This document shows positions 20,585 to 28,961 of a stretch of DNA of 64,000 bases, one piece after another. The stretch comes from an uncultured Clostridia bacterium (lineage in GTDB: Bacteria; Bacillota; Clostridia; Christensenellales; CAG-917): contig CASECZ010000001.1 of NCBI GenBank assembly GCA_949286725.1, positions 259,204 through 323,203 of the forward strand, given 5' to 3'. The position numbers and the translations under genes are program-made. Under the pieces are notes generated by a model. It was not told where the DNA came from. It was given only the letters and a program-made list of their open reading frames with translations, and did no database searches. The number at the start of each line of letters is the position of its first letter. Position 1 is the first letter of the stretch.

Positions 20585-20641
20585 ATGCACGGAAAGCGCG
20601 GTTTTGCCCGCCTTTTTGGGCGATTTAAGGTCATTTTATGA
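20585..20641 (+). CDS. 18-codon upstream ORF (MHGKRGFARLFGRFKVIL) translationally coupled to the GNAT gene
   Basis: The ATG at 20585 lies 5 nt after AAAGGGGAG. The TGA stop at 20639-20641 overlaps the GNAT ATG at 20638 (TTATGA). The GNAT gene itself lacks a good RBS. Confidence 0.35.
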   Translation: MHGKRGFARLFGRFKVIL

Positions 20642-21228
20642 AAATCAGGTCCTATAAACTGTCCGACAAAGAAAGATTGCGCGAAATCTGTCTGCGTACG
20701 TCTTCGTATGCCGACAGACCCTCCGAAGCGCGCAAAAACGCTCTGTGCGCCCTGTATAACGACTATTATACCGAGTGCGAAGCGGACAACTGTTTCGTGG
20801 CGGCGGACGACGCCGACGAGGCGACGGGATACGTCGTGTGCAGCACCTGCCTTTCGGACTATCTCGCGGCGATGCAGAACAGATACACCGCCATAGCCAA
20901 GGCGGCAGGCAGACCCTTTGCGGGGCTGGAACAGCGCGTCACGGAAGCCCTGCTCTCCAAACACGCGGAGGAAGGTTACACCGCCCACCTGCACATCAAC
21001 CTGCTGGACGAAGCACGTCATCAGGGAGTGGGCAGCGCGCTTATGCGCACGCTGGCGAAACACCTTGCCGACAGGAATGTCGAAGGCGTCATGCTGATAT
21101 GCGGCTCCGACAACACGAACGCACGCAACTTTTACGAAAGATGCGGGTTCGAACTGTTGCAAAAGTTCTTCTGTGCCTGCGTCTACGGCGCGTTCACCGA
21201 GGATCTCGTCCGCAAACTGTCCGAGTGA
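20638..21228 (+). CDS. GNAT family N-acetyltransferase
   Basis: 196 aa. Acetyl-CoA binding-type motif HQGVGSALM, and NARNFYERCGF near the C-terminus. Confidence 0.8.
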   Translation: MKIRSYKLSDKERLREICLRTSSYADRPSEARKNALCALYNDYYTECEADNCFVAADDADEATGYVVCSTCLSDYLAAMQNRYTAIAKAAGRPFAGLEQRVTEALLSKHAEEGYTAHLHINLLDEARHQGVGSALMRTLAKHLADRNVEGVMLICGSDNTNARNFYERCGFELLQKFFCACVYGAFTEDLVRKLSE

Positions 21229-21243
21229 CCGCACTCGCGACAG

Positions 21244-21267
21244 GCGCACCGACGGTGCGCTTTTTTT
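21244..21267 (+). terminator. Terminator after the GNAT gene
   Basis: GCGCACC-GAC-GGTGCGC followed by T7. Confidence 0.75.
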
Positions 21268-21529
21268 ATGTCCTTTCCCCCTCCCGCAGCGTCAATTCCG
21301 CGATTTCCGACAGTTGTATATTTTGGCTTTTCTTATCGGCACGTTCAGCACGCACTGCGGCAAAAATCCGCATTTTGCGATATTTTACGTCGATTTTAAG
21401 CAAAAACTTTTCAAATAATACAAGTGTTGATTTTTTCGTTTTGCCGTGATATAATTTGTTGGATTTGAATAACAGACGCTTGTGAGCGTCTTTTGTCGCA
21501 TCTTTCGGGGCGCGGCGAAGGAGGTGTCA

Positions 21530-22897
21530 ATGCAACAATTCGAAAGAGTGGTTTCGCATTATGCGAACTGGATGCAGAAGATGAGCGAAGTTTGTGTCGA
21601 AAACAACAACATCGACCCTGCCCTCTACGAAATTCACGACGTCAAGCGCGGTCTGCGCGACATCAACGGCAACGGCGTCGTCACCGGTCTCACCGAAATC
21701 AGCGAAATCAATTCGCACACCGTCGACGAAAACGGCAACCGCGTCGAGTGCGCGGGCGAACTCTACTATCGCGGCATCCCCATTCAGGATCTCATCAACG
21801 GTTTCATCGCCGAAAAGCGGTTCGGCTTCGAGGAAACGGCATATCTGTTGCTCTTCGGCAAACTGCCCGACCGTCATCAGCTCGAATATTTCTTCAAGAT
21901 GCTCGCCGACTACCGTCGTCTGCCCGACAGCTTCGTGCGCGACATAATAATGAAAGCGCCTTCGACGGATATGATGAACGTCATCGCCCGCAGCGTGCTC
22001 ACCTTGTACAGCTACGACAAGAACCCCGACGACATAAGCATAGCCAATGTGTTGCGCCAAAGCATACAACTTATCGCGCAGTTCCCCCTGCTTGCCGACT
22101 ACGGATACCAGGTTTACGCGCATTATCATTCGGACAGCAGTCTGATCATACATAAACCGAAGCCCGAACTCAGCACGGCGGAAAACATTCTGCGACTTAT
22201 GCGTCCCAACAAGAAATACACCGAACTCGAAGCACGCATACTCGACATCTGCCTCGTACTGCACGCGGAACACGGCGGCGGCAACAACTCCACCTTCACC
22301 AACCGCGTTGTGACGAGTTCCGGCACGGATACGTACTCCACGGTCGCCGCGTCGCTCGGCTCTCTCAAAGGACCGCGTCACGGCGGTGCGAACATCAAGG
22401 TAGCAAAGATGTTCGAGGACCTCAAAGAGACGACGCCCTGCACGGACAGCGCGATACGCAACTACATCGTCAGACTGCTCGACAAAAAAGCGTTTGACCG
22501 TTCGGGTCTGGTTTACGGCATAGGACACGCGGTCTATTCTCTGAGCGACCCGCGCGCCGACATACTGGCGCAGTACGCGCGCAAACTCGCCATTGCCAAA
22601 GGGTTGGAGGACGACTTTGCGTACTACGAGAAAGTCGCGCGCATAGCCCCCGAGGTCATAGGCGAAAAACGCAAGATGTACAAGGGTGTCAGCGCGAATG
22701 TGGACTTCTACTCCGGGCTCATCTACACGATGCTCAAAATCCCCACCGAACTCTATACGCCCATATTCTCCGTGGCGAGAATCGCGGGTTGGAGCGCGCA
22801 CCGCATAGAGGAACTCACCAACAAGGGCAAAATCATACGTCCCGCCTACGACGCTGTTGCGCCGAGACAGGCGTACAAGCCCCTCAACAAGAGATGA
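21530..22897 (+). CDS. gltA: Citrate synthase (citrate/2-methylcitrate synthase family)
   Basis: HAEHGGGNNSTF and GIGHAVY...DPRA motifs. The ATG at 21530 (MQQFERVV) follows GAAGGAGG; the track ORF starts at an upstream GTG. Confidence 0.9.
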   Translation: MQQFERVVSHYANWMQKMSEVCVENNNIDPALYEIHDVKRGLRDINGNGVVTGLTEISEINSHTVDENGNRVECAGELYYRGIPIQDLINGFIAEKRFGFEETAYLLLFGKLPDRHQLEYFFKMLADYRRLPDSFVRDIIMKAPSTDMMNVIARSVLTLYSYDKNPDDISIANVLRQSIQLIAQFPLLADYGYQVYAHYHSDSSLIIHKPKPELSTAENILRLMRPNKKYTELEARILDICLVLHAEHGGGNNSTFTNRVVTSSGTDTYSTVAASLGSLKGPRHGGANIKVAKMFEDLKETTPCTDSAIRNYIVRLLDKKAFDRSGLVYGIGHAVYSLSDPRADILAQYARKLAIAKGLEDDFAYYEKVARIAPEVIGEKRKMYKGVSANVDFYSGLIYTMLKIPTELYTPIFSVARIAGWSAHRIEELTNKGKIIRPAYDAVAPRQAYKPLNKR

Positions 22898-23075
22898 TTT
22901 CCGCATTCTAACGCGGTCAATCGTCATTTTCGGTCAATCAACTAACGGATTTTTCGGCTGCGTTTGCGCGCAGTCGGAGGCTTTCGGGCGACGGTCGCAA
23001 ACCCGTCGCCCGTATCATTCTCGCAAGGCGGCGCGAAATTATGGTTAAACCGCCCCGCAATTAGTGTTTTTTGGG

Positions 23076-23104
23076 TTGATTATCCAAAATAATTAGAGTA
23101 TAAT
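23076..23104 (+). promoter_or_regulatory. Promoter of the hypB operon (TTGATT-17-TATAAT)
   Basis: TTGATT at 23076-23081 and TATAAT at 23099-23104, about 20 nt upstream of the hypB ATG. Confidence 0.5.
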
Positions 23105-23124
23105 AATTTAGCTGTGAGGTGAAT

Positions 23125-23838
23125 ATGGATAAATTCCGCGTAATAGAGATCAAAGAAAGCGTATTTGCAGACAACAACGCGGACGCTGTATCGCTGAGAA
23201 AGGAACTCAAATCGCAAGGTACTTTCCTGCTCAATCTGATGTCCTCTCCCGGTTCGGGAAAAACCACTTTGTTAAAACGCACCATTGCCGAACTCAAAGA
23301 CGAAATGAACATCGCCGTTCTCGAAGCCGACATCGACTCCGACGTCGACGCGCGCGCCGTTTCGGAAGCGGGTGCAAAGGCAATCCAGCTGCATACGGGC
23401 GGTATGTGTCATCTGACGGCGTCGATGACGCGTCAGGGCGTGGAGGAAATCGGGCTCGACGGCATCGACCTTGCCATTCTCGAAAACGTGGGCAACCTCG
23501 TTTGCCCTGCCGAGTTCGACACCGGCGCGTGCAAGAACGCGATGATACTGAGCGTACCCGAGGGCGACGACAAACCCCTCAAATATCCGCTCATGTTCTC
23601 GATATGCGACGTGCTCGTCATCAACAAAATCGACGTTGCGCCCTACTTCGACTTCGACTTCGAGGCTTGCAAGGCGCGCGCGAAGAAACTCAACCCCGCC
23701 ATTGAAATCGTCACCCTGTCGGGCAAGACGGGCGAGGGATTCTCGGCTTGGACGGACTGGCTCCGCAAAGCCGTTTCGGATTGGAAATCCGCCGCCGACA
23801 TCAGCGACAACGCTTTTGTCGTTCACGGCAGAAAATAG
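23125..23838 (+). CDS. hypB: HypB-type nickel metallochaperone GTPase
   Basis: P-loop SSPGSGKTTLL, the metal-binding/switch motif ENVGNLVCPAEFD, and NKIDV (the NKxD guanine-specificity motif). Confidence 0.9.
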   Translation: MDKFRVIEIKESVFADNNADAVSLRKELKSQGTFLLNLMSSPGSGKTTLLKRTIAELKDEMNIAVLEADIDSDVDARAVSEAGAKAIQLHTGGMCHLTASMTRQGVEEIGLDGIDLAILENVGNLVCPAEFDTGACKNAMILSVPEGDDKPLKYPLMFSICDVLVINKIDVAPYFDFDFEACKARAKKLNPAIEIVTLSGKTGEGFSAWTDWLRKAVSDWKSAADISDNAFVVHGRK

Positions 23839-23859
23839 AACAAATTATCGAGGGTTACT

Positions 23860-26553
23860 ATGGCACTGAGAAAGAAAATCGTAAAACTGGCCAAACTCGC
23901 GGGCGGTACCGCGGGAATGCTCAACAAAATCGACGAGAACGCTCCCGAGTACTATGCACTCGAATGTTGCGTGACCGACGAGGAAGCGGATGCGGCGTTG
24001 TTGCTCAAATGGAGAACCGAAACGCCCATTTCCGAACTGCAAAAACGCGGACAGGAGAAACTCGGTTTCTCCCCCGAAAAGACCTATTCTCTGCTGCTCG
24101 GTCTTGCCAAAAAAGGCGTCCTGCGCGTCAACAAGAACGAGAAAGGCGAGGACTGCTTCTTCATTCAGACCTTCGCACCCGGCATTCTCGAGATGCTGGT
24201 CGGCAACAAGGAACTGGTTGAAAAGTATCCCCAAATCGCAAAAGCGTTCGAGGAATACACCCGCATCAGAATGGCGACTCTGTCCCCCATGCTCCCCCAG
24301 GGCACGGGTCTCATGCGCGTCATCCCCATCGAGAAAACCATCGACGGACTTTCTCACGTGGCTGACGTCGAACGTCTGAGCTACTACATCGACAAATACG
24401 ACATCTATTCCGTTGCTCCCTGCTCCTGCCGTCGTACCCGCCGTATGCTCGGCGAAGGCTGCGGACATCTCGAACACGATATGTGCATTCAGATGGGCAA
24501 AGGCGCGGAATACTTCATCCGTATGGGCAGAGCCCGTCAGATAACCAAAGAGGAAGTCTACGAAATCCTCCACAAGGCCGAAGAAAACGGTCTGATGCAC
24601 GAAATCCCCAACATCGACGGCACAGGCAACACGGTTGCAATCTGCAACTGCTGCTCCTGCTCCTGCTTCGGTCTGCGCGTTGCCACCCTGTTCGGCGGCT
24701 ACCGTGTCGTCGCCAGCAACTACCACTCCGTCGTCGACAAGGAGAAATGCGTCGCTTGCGGACAGTGCGTCGAAACCTGCCCCACCAACGCCCTCAAACT
24801 CGGTCAGAAACTCTGCACCAAGACCCCTCTCAAAGAAGAGAAATACGACCGCGTCGTCGACTCCGTCTGGAACAAATCCAAGTGGAACGTCGATTACCGC
24901 ACCAACAAAGAGGACGTCGTCGAAACGGGCACCGCGCCCTGCAAGACCAAGTGCCCCGCGCACATCGCAGTCCAGGGTTACATCAAGTTTGCCGCACAAG
25001 GCAAGTATGACGAGGCTCTCGAACTCATCAAGAAAGAGAACCCCCTGCCCGCCGTCTGCGGCAGAATCTGCAACCACGCCTGCGAAGACGCGTGCACGCG
25101 TGGCGAAATCGACCAGCCTATCGCAATCGACGAAATCAAGAAGTTCATCGCGGAACGCGAGTTGAAGAAAGAGTCCCGCTTCGTGCCCAAGAAGATGCAC
25201 GACTACTCCGACAAAAAGATAGCCGTCATCGGCAGCGGTCCCGCGGGTCTGTCCTGCGCATACTACCTCTCCATAGACAACTACTCCGTCACCGTCTTCG
25301 AGAAGGAAGACAAACTGGGCGGTATGCTGACGCTGGGCATTCCTTCCTTCCGTCTGGAAAAGGCCGTCGTCGACGCGGAAATCGAAGTTCTGAAAGATAT
25401 GGGCGTCGAGTTCAAGACGGGCGTTGAAGTCGGCAAGGACGTCACCCTCGACGAACTGCGCGCACAGGGCTACAAAGGCTTCTACATCGCAATCGGCGCA
25501 CAGGGCGGCAGAAGCATCGGCGTCGAAGGCGAGGACGCGAAGGGCGTCATCGCAGGCATCGACTTCCTGCGCAACATCAACAGCGGCAAGAAATCCGGCA
25601 TAAGCGGCAAAGTGGTCGTGGTCGGCGGCGGTAACGTCGCAGTCGACGTCGCGCGTACCGCCATTCGCGAAAAGACGGAAAGCGTGGGTATGTACTGCCT
25701 CGAAAGCGCGAAGGAAATGCCCGCAAGCCCCGACGAAGTGGAAGAGGCCGTCGCCGAAGGCGTCACCGTCAACAACGGCTGGGGTCCCAAGCGTATCCTC
25801 ACCGAAAACGGCAAGGTCACGGGCGTTGAATTCAAGAAGTGCGTCTCCGTCTATGACGAAAACCACAAGTTCTCGCCCAAATACGACGAGAACGACACCA
25901 TCACCGTTCCCGCCGACTTCGTGTTGCTCACCGTCGGTCAGTCCATCATCTGGGGCGACCTGCTCAAAGGCAGCAAGGTCGAACTCAACCGCAACAACAC
26001 CGCGAAAGCGGACGGCTTCACCTACCAGACTGCCGAACCCGACATCTTCGTCGGCGGTGACGTCTACACCGGTCCGAAATTCGCAATCGACGCAATCGCG
26101 GCAGGCAAACAGGGCGCAATATCCCTGCACCGTTTCGTCCAGCCCGGTCAGAGCCTCGTTCTCGGACGCGACAGACGTCATTACGTCGAACTCGACAAGG
26201 ACAACATCGAAGTCGAAGGCTTCGACAACACTCCCCGTCAGGTCCCCGGCTACGACAAGAGCAAGGACAAGACTTACAGCGACGCGCGTCTTGCCTTCAC
26301 AGAAGAACAGCTCAAAAAAGAGACCGAACGTTGTCTCGGCTGCGGCGCGACCATCGTCGACACCTACAAGTGCGTCGGTTGCGGTCTGTGCGTGACGCGT
26401 TGTAAGTTCGACGCAATTCATATGGAACGCAACGCCGAAGAGTTCTTCTCCGACAAACTCGAAAGTCTGCCCTTCCGTGCGGTCGGCTACGCCGTCAAAC
26501 GTGCGGGCAAGATCACGGCGAAAGGCATCAAAGACGCCTTCGTCAAGAAATAA
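23860..26553 (+). CDS. 897-aa multidomain Fe-S flavoprotein. It combines an N-terminal Cys-rich module with ferredoxin motifs, a GltD/NfnB-like NAD(P)H:FAD oxidoreductase core, and a C-terminal 2x[4Fe-4S] ferredoxin.
   Basis: - Cys clusters: PCSCRRTRR..GEGCGH...DMC, ICNCCSCSC, CVACGQCVETCP.
- GltD-type Fe-S motif: CKTKCPAH...VCGRICNHACEDACTRG.
- Dinucleotide folds: KIAVIGSGPAGLSCA and KVVVVGGGNVAVD.
- C-terminal ferredoxin motif: CLGCGATIV..CVGCGLCVTRC. Confidence 0.85.
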   Translation: MALRKKIVKLAKLAGGTAGMLNKIDENAPEYYALECCVTDEEADAALLLKWRTETPISELQKRGQEKLGFSPEKTYSLLLGLAKKGVLRVNKNEKGEDCFFIQTFAPGILEMLVGNKELVEKYPQIAKAFEEYTRIRMATLSPMLPQGTGLMRVIPIEKTIDGLSHVADVERLSYYIDKYDIYSVAPCSCRRTRRMLGEGCGHLEHDMCIQMGKGAEYFIRMGRARQITKEEVYEILHKAEENGLMHEIPNIDGTGNTVAICNCCSCSCFGLRVATLFGGYRVVASNYHSVVDKEKCVACGQCVETCPTNALKLGQKLCTKTPLKEEKYDRVVDSVWNKSKWNVDYRTNKEDVVETGTAPCKTKCPAHIAVQGYIKFAAQGKYDEALELIKKENPLPAVCGRICNHACEDACTRGEIDQPIAIDEIKKFIAERELKKESRFVPKKMHDYSDKKIAVIGSGPAGLSCAYYLSIDNYSVTVFEKEDKLGGMLTLGIPSFRLEKAVVDAEIEVLKDMGVEFKTGVEVGKDVTLDELRAQGYKGFYIAIGAQGGRSIGVEGEDAKGVIAGIDFLRNINSGKKSGISGKVVVVGGGNVAVDVARTAIREKTESVGMYCLESAKEMPASPDEVEEAVAEGVTVNNGWGPKRILTENGKVTGVEFKKCVSVYDENHKFSPKYDENDTITVPADFVLLTVGQSIIWGDLLKGSKVELNRNNTAKADGFTYQTAEPDIFVGGDVYTGPKFAIDAIAAGKQGAISLHRFVQPGQSLVLGRDRRHYVELDKDNIEVEGFDNTPRQVPGYDKSKDKTYSDARLAFTEEQLKKETERCLGCGATIVDTYKCVGCGLCVTRCKFDAIHMERNAEEFFSDKLESLPFRAVGYAVKRAGKITAKGIKDAFVKK

Positions 26554-26613
26554 GTCACCCTCGACTTACGGACGGCGGGGAGCAATCCCCGTCGTCGCAA
26601 AATAAGGAATACT

Positions 26614-26955
26614 ATGCACGAATTGGGATTGCTTGCCGAAATAGTCGGCAAAATCGAAGCCGTGGCGAAGGAAAACGACGTCAAGGAAATCGAAACTCTG
26701 GTCCTCGACGTAGGCGAATATTCCGGTGTCGTCCCCGAATACGTGGAGACATGCTACCCCGCCGTAATCGAAGGCACCATGCTCGAAAAGACAAAGTTGC
26801 AGATGAACGTCATCAAAGGCGTGGCACTCTGCCATTCCTGCAACAAGAAATTCGACATCAAAGGCAACGAACAGAGATGCCCTTACTGCGGCTCGCAGGA
26901 ATGCGAAGTCGTCGAAGGCGGCGAATTCATCATCAAAGAAATCGTGGCGTGCTGA
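26614..26955 (+). CDS. hypA: HypA-type nickel insertion protein
   Basis: MHELGL N-terminus (Ni site) and zinc motifs CHSC...CPYCG. 113 aa. Confidence 0.9.
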   Translation: MHELGLLAEIVGKIEAVAKENDVKEIETLVLDVGEYSGVVPEYVETCYPAVIEGTMLEKTKLQMNVIKGVALCHSCNKKFDIKGNEQRCPYCGSQECEVVEGGEFIIKEIVAC

Positions 26956-27012
26956 ACGCGCAACCCCGCCGCGGGCAAGCGGCATATGCCAAAACACCCT
27001 GTTAGATAACGG

Positions 27013-27044
27013 AAAAGTGTCCGATTGCGGACACTTTTCTTTTT
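27013..27044 (+). terminator. hypA operon terminator
   Basis: AAAAGTGTCC-GATTGC-GGACACTTTT followed by CTTTTT. Confidence 0.8.
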
Positions 27045-27370
27045 GTCTTTCTGTCTGTCACCCTTCTTTCCGCGCGCTCTTTACCGCCTCGACGCACGTG
27101 CCAAGCGACAATCTCGTCAGCGCACCAAATCGTGTCGGCGCACTAAATCTTGCACAGTCGAAGCGTAAAAGACGGCAAGCGCATTGCAACGTTTCGCACA
27201 CAAAAACACGATACGTGTTGCATTGTCGTGTACTCTGCGGACGCAATGCGGAAAAATGCGCTGTTTTGCCAGAAAAACTACGGTTGTGCTCAATGCGGGA
27301 AGCAAACGGTCGAAATTCGGACAAACGACGTTTGTACACGATACGTGTGTTTGTTGTGCATTCCGCGCAC

Positions 27371-27398
27371 AAAACAAAACCCCCGCCGAAGCGGGGGT
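27371..27398 (-). terminator. Terminator of the PAI-like FAD enzyme gene
   Basis: ACCCCCGC-CGAA-GCGGGGGT, followed on the minus strand by TTTTGTTTT. Confidence 0.75.
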
Positions 27399-27422
27399 CG
27401 GTTGTGTCTGTCAGGCGTCGGC

Positions 27423-28781
27423 TCAGAAGAATCTTGCGACGAGGTCCTTGGAGTACTGGACGGTCTCTTCCATGTCGCCGAAGCTCATTATTTCGCCTGC
27501 ATAGTAGGTGTTGAGGTTGCCTTGCATTGCCTCGACTTTGTCATACCAACCGGACGCGTAATCCTCTTGGAAAACGTGGGGGAAGTAATACCACTTGCGC
27601 TCGTAGACGCATTTGTCGATGTCGACGCCGCAGGTTTTGAGGTCTTCCCACGCCATCTTCTTGCCGGTCTCGTAGTCGATGAGTTCCTTGCCGTTGTGGT
27701 TGCGCAGAATGTAGGTGCTGATGACCTGGTTGGGTTCATTCTTCCAACGGAGATAGAAGACCATCATGTGACCGAGGCGCTCGGGCTTCATGTTGTCGAA
27801 CACGTAGCTGGACATTTCGGGATAGTAGCTGCCCTTCTTGATGGTGATTGCGGTGACGTCGTAACGCTCGTAATCGATCTTGGCGAACAGTTCCTTTTCC
27901 TTGTCGGTCGCATCGAAATAATCGGGCAGGTACTGCAAAGGAGAAGTGACGATGATTGCGTCGTACTCTTCCTTCTTGCCGTTTGCGTAGACCTGGACTT
28001 TGCCGTTTTCACGGGTTACTTTCTCGATGTTGACGTTGAGGCGTGCGGGGTTTTTGAGTTTGTTGTTGACGCACTCGTAGATGCTCTGGGTGCCTTCGAT
28101 CCAGGTCCAGAGGTTCTTGTTGACGAAGTACATCGCGGTTTCGAAATCCAAATATTTGAGGACGTACGCCGCGGGAATTTCGTCGAAATAGCCGTAACCG
28201 AACGCGGTGAAAGGCGCGATCCAGATGTCCTGGCAGAGAGACACGCCGTTCATCTTGCAGAACTTGTCAAAGGGCAATGCGAGGTCTTTCAGGTTGGGGT
28301 TGACGCCCGTCACGTGTTCGCCCGTTACGGGATCGAAACCGTCGTATCTGCCTTCCGCCACTCCGCGGTGACCGGTGTATTCGTAACCTTTGTATTTGGT
28401 TTTGAGCAGGGTGCCGAGTTTCTTGACCTGATTCTTGGTGCGAAGCAGTCTCGGAATGAGGAAAGGATTTCTCTTGGGATCGAACGGATCGTAGGGTTTG
28501 CCGTTCAGACGACGATAGGAACGCTCGAGCTTGGGACCGCCCTCGTGCGACGCACCGCCGAATTCTTCGAGTTCGTGCACGGCATAATAAGTGGGGCAAC
28601 CCATGATGGCGCCCATTTCAAAGCGTTTGCCGTCGTGATGAGGAGAATGGCACTTGCCGCCGACCCAGTTTTCTTTTTCGAGAATGGTGTAGTTGGTGTA
28701 GCCCTTCTTTTCGAGTTGGACTGCGGCGGAGAGACCAGCAGGGCCGCCGCCAATGATACAGATTTTAGCGTTTTTATCCAT
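27423..28781 (-). CDS. FAD-dependent oxidoreductase/isomerase of the amine-oxidase fold. It resembles the polyenoic (linoleate) fatty-acid isomerase PAI family.
   Basis: N-terminal KICIIGGGPAGLSAA...ILEKENWVGGKCHS dinucleotide fold. The internal FTAFGYGYFDEIPAAYVLKYLDF and the C-terminal YYAGEIMSFGDMEETVQYSKDLVARFF match my memory of Propionibacterium acnes PAI; no alignment was run. The start was set at the ATG at 28781 behind AAAGGAG. Confidence 0.75.
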   Translation of the reverse strand: MDKNAKICIIGGGPAGLSAAVQLEKKGYTNYTILEKENWVGGKCHSPHHDGKRFEMGAIMGCPTYYAVHELEEFGGASHEGGPKLERSYRRLNGKPYDPFDPKRNPFLIPRLLRTKNQVKKLGTLLKTKYKGYEYTGHRGVAEGRYDGFDPVTGEHVTGVNPNLKDLALPFDKFCKMNGVSLCQDIWIAPFTAFGYGYFDEIPAAYVLKYLDFETAMYFVNKNLWTWIEGTQSIYECVNNKLKNPARLNVNIEKVTRENGKVQVYANGKKEEYDAIIVTSPLQYLPDYFDATDKEKELFAKIDYERYDVTAITIKKGSYYPEMSSYVFDNMKPERLGHMMVFYLRWKNEPNQVISTYILRNHNGKELIDYETGKKMAWEDLKTCGVDIDKCVYERKWYYFPHVFQEDYASGWYDKVEAMQGNLNTYYAGEIMSFGDMEETVQYSKDLVARFF

Positions 28782-28929
28782 ATTACCGCTCCTTTTCCAT
28801 TTTTCATTATGTTGCATATGGTCAACACCTGCATATATTATAACATCGTTGTTTTATAAAGTAAATAGTAAATTCGCGTGATTACGCGCGAAAATTTGTC
28901 GGTTAAGTATTTATTTCCGCAGGATAACG

Positions 28930-28938
28930 TGTTATAAT
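28930..28938 (+). promoter_or_regulatory. Extended -10 element (TGTTATAAT) for the acyl-AMP ligase operon
   Basis: TGnTATAAT lies about 25 nt upstream of the ATG at 28962. The -35 region is weak. Confidence 0.4.
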
Positions 28939-28961
28939 TATACGAGTGTCGGAGGTGAGTT

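Noticed and set aside
22914-22939. Direct repeat CGGTCAATC x2 (17-bp period) just after the citrate synthase stop
   Set aside because: It is only 9 nt long and has no associated promoter or palindrome. It could easily be chance.
23845-26421. 858-aa ORF antisense to the Fe-S flavoprotein gene. Similar long antisense ORFs occur at 1304..2254, 2303..3436, 4743..6107, 8573..9856, 10016..11095, 12701..14194, 16786..18000, 19092..20552, 21527..22927, 27150..28859, 31356..32966, 45761..46903 and 47819..48979.
   Set aside because: These are shadow frames of GC-rich genes. Their compositions are monotonous (Val/Asp/Ala/Gly/Arg/His-rich), they have no RBS and no recognisable motifs, and each lies opposite a gene with strong family signatures.
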